A DNA stretch of 64,000 nucleotides from contig NC_042998.1 of the NCBI RefSeq assembly GCF_006345805.1, positions 186,558,001 through 186,622,000 on the forward strand. The letters are read 5' to 3'. The position numbers were made by a program, and so were the translations under genes. The notes under the pieces are model-generated. The model made no database searches and was not told the origin of the DNA. It saw nothing but the letters and a program-made list of their open reading frames with translations. Every line of letters begins with the position of its first letter. Position 1 is the first letter of the stretch. Below, one piece after another: positions 12,940 through 26,225 of the stretch. Origin of the DNA: Octopus sinensis (lineage: Eukaryota).

Positions 12940-14790
12940 TTGCTGCATGCATTATATTGATATTTCTTTTCACTAAGTGTAATTTCTGCACTGGCAATAT
13001 GGCTTTTGAATATTATGTCATTTCTTGAGGTACCATTTTCAAGATTACTTAAAATGTTCTAATTGTATGATGGGATTTTCTATCACTGAGTTTCTTTTCT
13101 TAATGAAATTACATATTTACTATGTAAATAATGTTAAGCACTGTTTTTGCTCCATGGATTAAAAAGGACAACAATGAATTTACCAATGATGGTATGATGA
13201 TGTAATTAACATTCAATAAAGCTATCAGTTGATGGAATTACAAAATACTGACCCCCCCCCAAAAAAAAAAAAGTCAATAAAATAGGACATAATGGAAACT
13301 TAATTTTTGGCTCATATTCACAAGAATTCCTAGACCTGTACTTTACTATTTTTGAAAGGTTGGAAAATAAGTGCAATTTCCTTTTTGACATTGGTATTTC
13401 TACAATTCCAAGTTTCCTTCAAATGCTAAAACACGTCCATATATTTCAAGTAAAAGCTCATTTTTTTAATTCTTTTGACACAGTAAGTTCAAGTTATTTA
13501 AAAGAGATGTAATATCCTCAATAAATTCTAAGACTGCAGGCCAATCAAGATCATGAAAATGTGTAGCATTCATATTTTTGCTTTCAAGGAATATTGCTGC
13601 TACTTCATGGCTTACTTAACCCTTTTGTTAAAATGGAGTAAAATACCTGGGACTACCTCAGGTTATCTGATACTAGCTTTCTGTTTTGAAGTGAACTAAA
13701 AACTTTCCATTGAAATTTCAAACACCAGATTAATAATGACAATATTATTTTACTAAATTCTTCATTGCAGAAACTAGCCATGACTCTATATTTTGCCTTC
13801 ATATCCAACAAAAGTTGGTGAAACTGATAGATTTAATCTACCAAATAAAATCTGATTCACTGTCTTCACAACAATATCTATAATGTTCTCTAGTTTCAAA
13901 GACTATGCACATAATACCTCTTGATGTATAACAAAATAGATTTTAATCAATTTCTATACAATTTGCCCTGGATGTAAAGTCATGATACATTTTTCTGCCT
14001 CATTATTTATGATGCCATTTAGCATCAACATATCGGGTTTATTTCTGACATGATTTTCAACAAATATCTGCTTCAGTAACTTAACCTTCTGTAAAAATTA
14101 TTTGAATAACCTCTTCAAAAATTCTAAAATTTAAGGCCACTCTCCTCACAAACCCTACAAGTTGAACAGAACCTTAAGTTCCTACTCTCATCAAACACAA
14201 TTGAAAAAAAAAAAAAACGAAAAGAAAAAAGAAAATCGCAATACATTGTAAGCATGCTTTAAACAAGTTTTAACATCTGCTGACATTTCTCAGTTCTTCA
14301 ACTCATCATATGACTGTTCTTGCATATAGCCTGATAGATGCAAATAAAGACTTTTTCTTTCTTTTTATTATTTTTTTTCCTCTGCAGAATAAACTGTATT
14401 CACTGCTACAAGTAAACATCTTTGACAAACTCTGTCTGTAAAAAGTTTCATCTTTTCTGCAGCACATTGTAAGATTTTGTGGCTGACGTGAATATGCCCT
14501 TTTCACTTTCTGTCTAACACAAACACAAAAAAAAAGCCAGCCTTAAATCGTACAGCTTCATCATTCTTTGCTGTTAAAATATCCACAATGGTGTTTCATA
14601 ATATCGTCCAATATTTGCCACCTTCTTCATAGCAACATTTTCAGGATAAATGAAACTGATTTCCTAATATGTTCCATGGTGAAGTAATCTAGTATCCAAG
14701 TATCTCGAAAACAATGGTACTCAGTGTCTGCTTTCCAGTATTTTGCATCCAATGATTCTTTTTTTCCTTCTAAAGTTTATTCCAATTTTA
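12940..14790 (-). mobile_element. hAT (Buster/SPIN, GTF2IRD2/EPM2AIP1-like) transposase fossil
   Basis: Hand translation across frameshifts gives colinear motifs: DTEYHCFRDTWILDYF, KVANIGRYYET, KMKLFTDRVCQRCLLVA, SLFASIRLYARTV, HQEVLCA*SLKLENIIDIVVKTVNQI, DWPAVLEFIEDITSLLNNLNL, RVLAFEGNLEL...YFPTF. Confidence 0.75.
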
Positions 14791-15499
14791 ACAAGTATCA
14801 TGGCAGATATATCTGGTCCATCTGATATCCTGTTGCTACAAAAATTATGTCAAAAAGTCACATGATAAACCAACTAATGCACTGCCCATCAAATTCAGCA
14901 TGCACAGAAAAGGGGGTGATTGGTCCTAAAAATTTCTAGCAAATCATTTGCACATACATTGTACTAACTTATTAGAATAAATTACATTTTCTTCTTTTGT
15001 CAAATATTTATTGTAAATGTCTTATTAAAAGTGACAGTATTTATATTTGCAGATTTACATGATTCCAATCCCAAACCCTTCACACTCATGGAGATTATCT
15101 ATGCATATTTAATAAGTTGATCCTACTTTCTAAGATTTTAATTAACTAGTATTTTGTTTGGAACAAACAGAACATTGCACCAATCTAATTACGCACCATT
15201 CATGATCAATCAATGTGGCTGTATGAAACAGAAAAATCATTCATGAACCAGATAAGTGCAATGTAACCCAATATTTGCTTAGAGGTTGGTCACAATTCTT
15301 TTGCAAACCTGCTACAAAATAATCAAAAAGTGTAAAGCTCTTGGAGAATGAAGTATGTCAGTCTAAAATATTCATGTCATGATTATTAATTACATTAACC
15401 ATTTGTAAACAGTTGTTTTGTTTATATTAGTGATTTTATATTCGTGAAACCATACAAAGTAAATAATTTGTAGTAGGTCATAGGATAGAAGACTAAACT

Positions 15500-15750
15500 C
15501 AGGCAAATGTTATCTAAAAGTTCCGCCAATTGGGTCATACTGACATTCATTATTACACAGAAAGGATACTTGAAAATCAGTTGATTGGGGTTATAAAAAA
15601 GATTAAAATCAATTTGTGAATCCGGCTATCTACATAGTCGACATGGCTTCTATGCCAATGATACTATTCAGGTCCTATATCATAACAGCATAATGTATTA
15701 GATAGGCAGATCAGTTTAAAGACGTGATAAATCATTTCAGAAATGACATC
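15500..15750 (+). mobile_element. Possible Tc1/mariner transposase fossil fragment
   Basis: YYTERILENQLIGVIKRL...LHSRHGFYANDTIQVL loosely resembles the region around the second catalytic Asp; no TIRs found. Confidence 0.3.
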
Positions 15751-16189
15751 ATGAACGTAGTAAAACAAATTTGATAATGAGTAAGGAAATATAGCTTAAA
15801 ATAGGCCACAAAATGTATAGTATTTGCTAAAAGCAGCAGAGTTTCATTCAGAGAACCAATTTTTTAGTGAACTACGATATCAAATCAATCCCTTTGAAGC
15901 ATAAACATGGATTTCAAAGACAATATAACGAAGTAGAGGCAGCTGATTCACAATCAGGAAACAAACCAAATTGATATTTCAACTAAAGCAATATACTCAG
16001 AAAACAAGGATGAGAACATGGTTCATACTAATGTTTAATGATTCACAGAACTGAGTTCAATAAGAAAGCTTTCCATTACCAAATAGTATAGCAGGAGAAA
16101 CAGCAGATGCACTAAGAACTATCCATTAATAGTAACTACTTCATGAGAATGGATATTTATAAAAAGACAAAAGTATGCTTTCTCTAGTA

Positions 16190-16470
16190 ACACGGCTAAC
16201 TGGCTTCGTGCCGGTGGCATGTGTAAAAAGATTCGAGCGAAGTCATTGCCAGTACCACCTGACTGGGCCCCGTGCCGGTGGCACGTAAAAGCACCCACTA
16301 CACTCTCGGAGTGGTTGGCATTAGGAAGGGCATCCAGCTGTAGAAACTCTGCCAGATCAAGATTGGAGCCTGGTGCAGCCATCTGGTTCGCCAGCCCTCA
16401 GTCAAACCATCCAACCCATGCTAGCATGGAAAGCGGACATTAAACGACGATGATGATGATGATGAGGATG
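16190..16470 (+). mobile_element. Family B repeat, interpreted as the 5'-truncated 3' UTR of the RTE LINE, (GAT)n tail. Other copies at about 3733-3880(-), 22792-23020(-), 32300-32545(+), 33240-33492(+), 37025-37450(-), 38520-39036(+), 41052-41370(-), 44595-44850(+), 47415-47805(-), 48208-48415(-), 49420-49665(+), 55855-56290(-)
   Basis: Shared core GGAGTGGTTGGCGTTAGGAAGGGCATCCAGCTGTAGAAAC...CCATGCTAGCATGGAAAGCGGACGTTAAAC(GAT)n. It follows RTE coding sequence at 38520-39036, 51500-51992 and 56700-57240. Confidence 0.8.
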
Positions 16471-16764
16471 AATGAACATCTCATTTGAATCAACAAAGAA
16501 TAAAAATATGTTTTATTTTTCTCTTTTTCAAAATGGATTTACTCCAAAAGAACAAAAACATTACATTTTCAATATTGTACATCCATTATCTACTTATGCT
16601 ATGTATTGGATGGTTCTAAAATACTGTTTTAGCATGTTTATCTGCTAGAATCTTGTATTGAAGCAAAAAAAAAAACTAATTGCAATGATGATACGCAGTT
16701 ATTATTGAGAAAATTATCAGAATCATGCATAAATTGTCTGCAAAACTTGCAATTGTTTACCATA

Positions 16765-16935
16765 TCATCATCATCATTTTGATATCCACTTCTCCATACT
16801 TGTATGGATGTGACAGGGTTTATTGAAGCAGATGTTCTACAACCAGATGCTCTTCCTGTCAACAACCCTTGCCTGTTTCCGAACAAGATATTTGCTCGTG
16901 GCCAGAGATGCTTTCACATATCAGAGATGAATGCC
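16765..16935 (-). repeat. Older related (GAT)n-tailed repeat; copies at about 17990-18150(+), 18420-18600(-), 38130-38335(+), 56380-56545(+)
   Basis: Shared TGGCCAGACATGTTT / CAGGAAGGGCAT / CCATGC..GCATGGAAAAG segments. Confidence 0.6.
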
Positions 16936-17893
16936 ACTCATTTACAACAGTCATGCAATGTCAAAACAATGAGACACAAACAATCTCATATACTTATATA
17001 CACCAAATCCAGTCACAAGGCTTTGGTCAGCCTGGGGCTATACTAGAAGACACTTGCCCAAAGTGCCACGCAGTGGGACTGAACCTAAAACGATGTGGAA
17101 GGGAAGCAAACTTCTCAACCACACTTAGCATCTGTTCAAATTCACAGAAGTCAATTCATCATTTCCTTGACCTGATGCCTTAGATCTCTCCAGACAACCA
17201 GGTTTCCTCTTTACAAATTTCACCTACTTCTCATAACTAGATCATATAGACAGAAAATTTAAACCATGCTCCAACACATTTATTACCATTCCATTACAGG
17301 TATTCAGCTTTTTTTTTTTTTTCCTTTTTTCATCCTCTCCAGCCTTCAGTACTACATATCACATTCCATACAAGCAAATACATACCCTGAACTTTTAACC
17401 TTTGTGGAGAGTACACTATGCTATTAAGAGCTTTTAGAATATCAATGATTGGTAAAACTAAATTATAAACCTGAGTTGTCATTACATTTCTTAATATTTG
17501 GGCCTTGAATTTTTGTCTTACCCAGCATACAACACTTTAGAAATTAAATACAAATTACTTTTGAAGTACAGACTCTGGCCACATCCAATAGAGTCCTTTT
17601 TTTATTCCAGTGTTTTAAACTACTGTTCAAAGTGATTTGTACCTTATGTAATTAATCCAGAATATCCCCTTAGAAACTGAAGATACAAACTGATAACCTA
17701 ACAACTTCCATATTCTACGTTAAATATACTTCTCTATTGGTTGTGTGGGTATGTAGTTCACTTCCTAACCATATGGTTTCAGATTGTCCCACCACATGGC
17801 ATCATGAGTGTCTTCTAGGCCAATCAAACCCATATGGATGGACTTGGAAGATGAAAACTGAAAGAAGCCTATCTATCTGTATATCTATCTATC

Positions 17894-17942
<49 letters not shown>

Positions 17943-20900
17943 CATGTGTTTCCTAGTCCTGACATTACATGGTTGTTGTAAGCAAGTGTCACTGTCATAC
18001 AAGCAGTGTCAGTCATTTCCAATCTTCCATGAAAAGATGTCATGCCAAGGGGAAATATCAAAAGCAAATGAAGGCTGGCAACAAGAAGAGCATCCTGCCA
18101 AAGAAAATCTTCCTCAAAGAATTCCACCTGAACAATGATGATGATGATGATTATGGTGGTAACAGAATTGTTGAGTAGTAGCCAAAATGCATGGCAGCAT
18201 CTGGTTAAATTCATTTTATGAGCTGCATCATTTAAGTTGAGCCATTGTTGACTTTTGCCTTTCATCCTTTTGGCCTTGATAAAATAAATACCAAGGTACT
18301 CGAGTCAAATTAATCAACTCTAGTACTCTCCATAATTTGTTCTATGCCTGTATTAACAGTCATTATTGATTATCACTTAAGAGCAATAAATATATATATA
18401 TATAAAATGTCTACATTTCCATGCAAGCATGAGTCAAATGGAATTTGTTAAAGCTCTTCTTGTTGCCAACCCTCCCTGTTCCCAAGTAAGGTAATATCTC
18501 TCCCCTTGGCCAGACATGTTTGCACAAAAGATTGGAAATGAAAGCCAGCTTGTAAGACAGTGACAGTTGTCTACAACTATCACACTATGTCAAAAAAGAA
18601 GACACCGACATACACACATATATTTCTTAAATAACATAACCATCACCAAATTAAACTTAAAATTACTTCAGAAGAGAAAATGGCAAAATATTGTTTCTTA
18701 TTTTCAAGTAGGAATTTCTTTTTTAATTGTTGACTGATTACGATACTAGCATTCTCACATCCCAAAACAAATTCAAAGACATGAAATCCATTTCAACAGT
18801 ACTCAGTACTTAGAGCGTATGGAAACCTCTACTTTTAAAATCTCATCTATTTGCACAGTCATCTGAAAATAGCATTTTTAGTTTTGTATACACAGAATCA
18901 AGTCAAGAAATTGTACTAACGTATCAATCATAGCAATGATTTCACCCTTCAGCATTTATACCAGCCATATATGCTAACTAACCAGATCTAGCCTCTCGTG
19001 CCTATTCTACAACGTCATTCTAAAAATAATCACATCATTGAAATCTTGATAATGCAGGATTAACTTCAAGTGATATGGATAGATAAGCATTAGATCTGAC
19101 AGAGTAATCTGAATGATAAAGAATTAGTTCTCAAAATTTCAGTTCATCTGCAGGACAGTGTCACACTGACAAGCAGGCGGTTACACTGACAGGTGTGCAA
19201 TGCACTGGGTCATAGTGACAGCAAGTGTATAGTGTCACACTGATGAAAAGAAGTCAGTCAAGCAGAAATGCATATACCTGTAGATAAAGGTTAAATTCAG
19301 GTAGGTATTCTAGAGTAAATTTTAAAATAACATCAGAACACTTTCCTGAATCCTTAAGCTAAAAACAAGGTTTTGAAATGCTAAAGAAACGAACCTAATA
19401 ATAGCTGCAGAACACACACAGCTTTTTTTTAACAGATAGAAGATATATAAGTCCTTACCAAATGTTTTTCAACCAGCAACGTTAGTGCCAGTGTCATATT
19501 TACTACACTCAGACAAACTTTCAGAAGAAAGATTATTACAGATGAAGCTATAAGATTTTGGATTGTTGCCATTTTAAAAAATATTAAAGACACTGTCTTA
19601 ATCAAGTGAGTCATTGCAAATGTCATATACTAAATATGGACTCAAGCACAGAAAGTATGTCACCTCGGGGGTCAATCCACTGTGTAGCATCGTAGACGGG
19701 TGTTTTCTATCCATAACTGTAAGTGAACCAAAGCCTTTTAACAAAAATTTGGTCAACAGAAATTGTGTGGGAGTACATAGGAAGGAATGTTCCTGTTCTT
19801 TAGAGGCAGTCTTAATCCATCACCAGATCTAATCCCACACACAACCTTGGGTACGCTAAAAGTTAAGTCCACTGTCTTGCAAGCATACAGGCCAGTTTTC
19901 TTTTCTTTCACGTCGTAACTTAACGAACAACTTAGTCCTGAGATAATTTCCCCAATAAGACAAAACAAAGTGGTTGGACAGCATACTTATTTTAAAGTAT
20001 GAAAATTTAGTATAATGAACAGTACTAGTTTTAATAAACCCACAACATTTCTAGCTTTAAAATACTAACGCAAGTTTACAAATAGAATGTACTTCATGAT
20101 TTTTGTGGTAATTATTACGGATTCAGAAAATTGGGGGTCAAATATGAATTGCCACAACATAAACCCTCACACTAAAAACAGCGGATTTTTAATAAGAAAA
20201 CCCTTCCGAGTGTTATTTGACATTAAAAAAAAAATAGAAAAGAAACATCCTTTTCTTTTTTAAACCGGTAAAGTACAAAAAATAGTGATTTCGTTTCAGA
20301 CATTGTAGTATCCTATATATACATACATATATATATATATGTATCCCTCAGACAACAACGAAGAATTGAAAACAAAGCTTTTCCGTTTCGCTAAATGGTC
20401 TGGTGTGGGAAGAGGTCTTATAGGATTAATCGAAAATAGTAAATCAAAGCTAAAAATATTAAAAGCTAATGTCAGGATGCGAAAATTCTTTTAACATATA
20501 CTTTTTAGATGTCACATATATAACGCTGTGAAAAATTTATCTATTTTGAGAAAGTAAAATAAAAGAGTTTATATCTATTTAAAATATTCTATTAAAAACA
20601 AACAATGAAACATATTACTCCACCCCCCAAATTTTAAAATCTTCACAAGGCTATTGTTCGAAAATTATTTATATACGTGAGGTTAACAGAACTGGCGTGT
20701 TTGGTCATTAAAGCACAAGTTTTCGGTAACAAAGAAACCAATTTTCACCCATAAATAGCAATTGCGATTATAAAGCAAAAATTCGTTTGAGTTGTCACAC
20801 GAAAAGGAGAAAGTATGGCGATAGACAATTAAGCATTATGACATGCAAAATGTATTTTATTTTCTGAAACACTAATTTACATGTAACTAAGAAAAAAAGA

Positions 20901-21829
20901 AGGCTTGGGTGATGAAGAAAACGGTAAGTGTAGCAGCGGTTTCGAAAGTTGAATTATCAAAATATTCAGCATCCTCCGTTAACCACTCCTCAGAGATGAT
21001 ACATAACCCGATCTAGAATGACCAAGCTTTTAAAGAATTGATGCTGACTTCCGGGAGAGAGAGAGATAATGAAAGGAGAGGCTGCAGGGGGAAAAAAGGG
21101 GATGGCGAGACAGAGGAATAAGGGAAGAGATGGGGAACAGAGGAAGAGATGGGGAAGAAACTAATTGTTTTTTTTTACTTTTTTTAAAATTTCGTTATGA
21201 AAGAAGCCCTCCTAACAATCATTGGTTAAGCATATTTTTTATCCTTTTCTTTTTATTTAAGAACTGCATACCATTAAGAGAGAGAGATTAAATAACAATT
21301 TCTTATCAAATTTCGCTTAAGACTGGTGTGACAGCCGTTAAATAACTAAAGAAAGGCGGTATACAATATATATAATAAATAAAAATAAACATATACACAG
21401 TCAGTGATACGATATTTTTTGCAAAACAGTGTAAAGCAGCAGAGACAAAGACTACAAGAGTGAACAAGTAAAACACGTGAACCGTCGTAGACAAAGCATT
21501 GAGGCAGCGTGGAAGGCTAGACATAAGCAGTTGTGGAAGAAACGTGAAGGCACTACAGTGGCAATGCACAATATTTCATGTGCTCCAATACAATGCCGTG
21601 AGAACTTGGGTTCAACTATGAACACACACACACACGCAAATCAACGAATAAGATATTAAGAAAGAAATTATATCGATATTTATATACATATTTATTATAT
21701 TAATGTTATTATTACAGTATGTCATAAATGTATACATGGTGTATATACAACACACAATTATGTAAAAAGTATGTGTATACGCGTAATGAATATAGTATTA
21801 TATATTACATATAAACATGGAGCACGTAC

Positions 21830-21841
21830 GCGCGCATATAT

Positions 21842-21909
<68 letters not shown>

Positions 21910-22052
21910 GAGAGAGAGAGGTAGATAGATAGATAGGTAGGTAGGTAGATAGCTAGATAGATAGATAGCTAGATAGATAGATAGATAGATATGTAGGTAG
22001 GTAGGTAGATAGACAGACAGACAGACAGATAGACAGACAGACAGATAGATAT
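21830..22052. repeat. Compound microsatellite (TA)n-(GA)n-(GATA/GGTA)n-(GACA)n
   Basis: Read directly. Confidence 0.95.
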
Positions 22053-23529
22053 AGTCGTTGTCGCCGTGGTTTTACTTCCGCTTCCATGCGGGATGGAATG
22101 GACAGTTCATTGTAGCTTTCCAAGAAGAGTACTACATCTTGCTACAAGTTTCATTTTGGGTTCGGTTTCTACGGCTGGGTGTCCTTCCTAACGCGAAACC
22201 ATTTCGCAGAGTGTACTGGGTGCATTTTATCGGGGGGGGGGGGGGCTCGGCAGTAGAGAAGATAGGGACGAGAGAGTGAATGGATAGTAAGAATGAATAA
22301 ACAGCGAGTGGTGAACGATGGCTGTCGATACTAAATCGCCAATGGGAGGGAGAGTAGTAGAGTATCAGACATGTATATTCATATGATGGAGTTCCTTAAG
22401 ATGGTAAAAGATCAGGGATATAACGATGAGAGAGAGGGACAGATGGGTCCCTGGGAATCTTAGTTACACTAGAAGGAAATATATTTGAACCGAAGAGATC
22501 TACTACTATTCTCACTCACATCAGTGCCATAGTACAGCGACAGTCATCAAGAGACGAGCAATATGAACAGGAGAGCGAGAGACAAGCGTGTTAAAAGCAA
22601 AAGCGTTAGACAAAGGTGACTGTGACATAGATTACAGACAGGTCAGTGATAAGACAGAGGGGTGTGTGATAGGTATGTAATATTACAGAGATGAGAGGCT
22701 ATGAAAGAGACCAAAGATGCTGCCTTAGCTTTATGAGTATATATGCAAATATGCATATATATGTGTGTGTGAATGCATACATGTTCATACATCATCATCG
22801 TCGTTTAACGTCCGCTTTTCATGCTAGCATGGGTTGGACGGTTCGACTGGGATCTGGGAAACCAGGAGGCTGCACCAGGCTCCAGTCTGACCTGGCAGTG
22901 TTTCTACAGCTGGATGCCCTTCCTAATGCCAACCACTCCTTGAGTGTAGTAGGTGCTTTTTACGTGCCACCAGCACAGGTGCCAGGCGAGGCTGGCAACG
23001 GCTACAATGGGTTGGTGCTTTTTACCCAAAATGTGAACATGCTTCACCTTATATATTACACACACACACATCCACCCCTAAACAGATGGATGGACCACCC
23101 ATTTCAGTGGTGAGGATTTGGTTGCTTAATCAAATGGTTCACCTGCTCGTTAAATTAACTTGTAAGTAGCTGTAAGCATTTACAAACATGAGTATCTTTG
23201 GCATAATTTTCAAGCAGAATCAGCATGACACAAGACCAAACCTTTGAATTACAATCCCTCCATACAATTTCTATTGACTCAGTTTCACTCACAAAGTATG
23301 AATCAGCCCAAGGCTGTAGAAAGTGACATTTGCCCGAGATGTCACAAATGAAAGTGAACCCAGGATCTCATGGTTGCAAAGCAAACTTCTAAACCATTCA
23401 GACAAACTGCACCTGTACACACACACACACACTTATATTTGTACATAAATTTATATTTTTAATTGCTGGATCTGAAAGGGCAATGAGGCTGATGCCATGA
23501 ATGTCCCTATTAAGCCTCAGTATGTCAAA

Positions 23530-25150
23530 GCCAACAGGAAAAGTATGAGCAAGGAGTTATTGAGGGCCAGTGTTCAGGTAAGGAAGGACTGTGCATAGTG
23601 ATTAGTGTAAGGCCTGGAGGCATGGACATAAAGATAATAAGAGAGGAGAGATGAATAGGAGAATACCTGAGTGGAGGAATATGAACCATCCAGCTCCTAT
23701 GAGTAGAGGCCATTATGATAGTGATAGAAAATGCAGAAAGAGAAGACAGTGGATCAGAGGTTGGAGCCTGTAAGTGGTTTCATGCCATTCAGACAAGTGG
23801 CCTTTTTCTAAACATGGTTTAAGATGTCATCCCAAATGCAAGAGCAATACTTCATTGTATGCTTCTTCTAAGCTTAGTAGAATATTGATAATTGTAGGGG
23901 GATGAAGTCTTCTTGCCCTAAAGAGAAGAAGCAGTCGTTAAGATGCAATCCTAAATATGCTAAGAATGTGCTCTCCCAAAAGAAAGATCCTTGGTAGTAG
24001 TGGGACTCAACAACTGGAACAATTTTGAGAGCTCCGAGTGCTGCTCATGAAGAGAGTGGTCTGATGGTATTTTCTTGACACGTGTAGTATTGGTGCTATC
24101 TTGTTGAAAGAGACAAGACTTGCATATTCCCATGGGGTATACTTCTGAAGTCTCTGTTCATGGTGCCAGTGTTGGTTTGAACCTGTAGATTTAGAGGTTA
24201 TGAGTGGATAATAAATGATTGGAGAAGATAGGAAAGCAGAGGTAGGGTCTTCTGTGAAAGAGCGTGTATTGCTGCGTGGACTAGCAAATAGTCCTTCATG
24301 TATGGAAAAGAGTGAGGGACAAAACTGAACCCAAGGGTACACCAGAGTTGATAGAAAGTGAACAGAAAAAGCATGTGAATAGTGCAATTTGATGGGAAGC
24401 TACCTATCCAAGAGATGAGGGAAGAGTGGAATCCCTAGATAGGCTGTTTCAGCAGGAGATTCACATGCCAGATATAGTCAAAAGCTTTGATGATATCAAG
24501 GGTCAACATTATGATCAGCAAATTTCTCCACAGTAAAAGTCCACCAATGGGTGACAAATGAGAGTAGGTCATCAGTGAATATGGCCTAACAGAAACCATA
24601 CGGGTGGCCATTAAATTGGGGAGACAGATTCAATGTGTTGGATGATGTTGCAATGGCTGACTCCATTACTTGAGAGATATTACAAGTGAATGTGATAGAG
24701 CACTAGCTGGCAGGGTTAAAGGGGTCACCTTTCCCAGGAATAAGATACACTAGTGTTTCCAAAGATTCTTGTGGAGAAAGAACTCAGTGAAATTAGGGTC
24801 TGGCTCAGCCTTTTTAGTCTGAAAGTACTAAACGGTATTTTCACACTTGGCATGTGCATGCAAGGTAGGGGTCCTTGTAGGATGGAAGGGGATAGAATTG
24901 GAAATTTGCCAAGTGTGTTAAGTGTGCGGTTGGCCACAAAGCAAATAGTGAAGATGAAGGCTTTTTCAACAGTGTTCATGAGCCATTATTGTTGTGAAGT
25001 GGAAGGGAAGATTCTGGTAGACTGGTAGAAATCCTTTTGATAAGGGATCAAATGGATTGGCTACTGCTTGCATTGCAGAATAGCTTGAGGGCTGTATGAT
25101 GCATAAAGTAATTGTTATGGTTCAGATAGTGTCCTTGCAGATTGAGTTTT
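23530..25150 (-). mobile_element. CR1/L2/Jockey-group LINE RT fossil
   Basis: Minus translation gives TLDIIKAFDYIWH...GFHSSLISWIGSF and GVPLGSVLSLTLFSI (RT motifs LDISKAFD and GVPQGS). Confidence 0.7.
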
Positions 25151-25989
25151 ACCAGAAACTGTGCACCTTGCTTTTCGCCATTTACAGATTTAGGTAAAAA
25201 CAGCTTCAATTACAACTAAGAATGGAACCACTTGAGGGATTTGGGGCTCTAGATTTTAATGTGGAAGAACAAGCCTTAAAAGAATATTTTGGGTCACCCG
25301 ATCAAACTACTTCCCTCACTCCCCCAACTTTATATACCCCTAAGTCCTTGAACCACCAATAATTTCTTCCATCATATCTCCTCTTGCACTGAAGTCCTTG
25401 TTCTAACACTCACAACTCCTCATAGCTCTCTCACTTATCCTACAAGTGTGTTACCAGTACCAAAACCAGATCTGTTGCACTCCTCAACTCTCTTCATTAA
25501 CTTGTTTCAGCCCCACCCCCATTGACATGATATTCTAAACACTCCTGATTTCTTTTTCATCTCCAAACTTAATACATACCAAAGTAAAACTGTTTTGACA
25601 TTTATCAGGTCAGGTCAAGAAAATCCTATTAATGGTTCTATGTAACCCAATACTACCCCGTTCCCTAATTGGGTGGTCGATGACTAAACCAGCTCCCCCA
25701 CCGGACTTGTCATGCAAGGAGGGCCTTGTCAAACAATAGATGACCTCACTGTGAGCCAACTGCCATCCACACATGGGGCATATTGTGAAAACATCCTGCA
25801 TATGGACTGGCAAAATGTGCAGCTGGTCCAAAACCATGGTCACAAAAACTCAAACGAAAGCATCCAACCATAAAAACCATGCCAGAACTGAGTCATTCAA
25901 GCACAATGCAATACTCTGATACATCAGATCTTGCTGAATCATCCAACCATGTCAGCATGGAAAGTGGACATACACAAATATCATCACCA

Positions 25990-26225
25990 TAAGACCATTT
26001 TCCCCCACACTTGCATGGGTTGGACAGGTTCCTGCAACATTCTTTCTCTTCTCCTTTATGAGGTTCAACATTCAGAGATCAGCTTTCGTAATTTCTTCGC
26101 ATGTTTTTGAAGGTATCCCTATTGAACCGGTCCCCTCCACATGGATCTCCTGGTACTTCTTGATCCAACAGACATCATCCATACTCAATATACATGCATA
26201 TGGATGATGACAGACGGGTAAAGTG
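25990..26225 (-). mobile_element. RTE 3' end fragment
   Basis: HVLSMDDVCWIKKYQEIHVEGTG...KADL followed by a CCAACCCATGCAAG tail remnant. Confidence 0.55.

Noticed and set aside
19753-19968. Kinase subdomain I-II-like text (IGEIISG...EKKTGLYACKTVDL)
   Set aside because: No GxGxxG motif, no further kinase motifs and no convincing donor.
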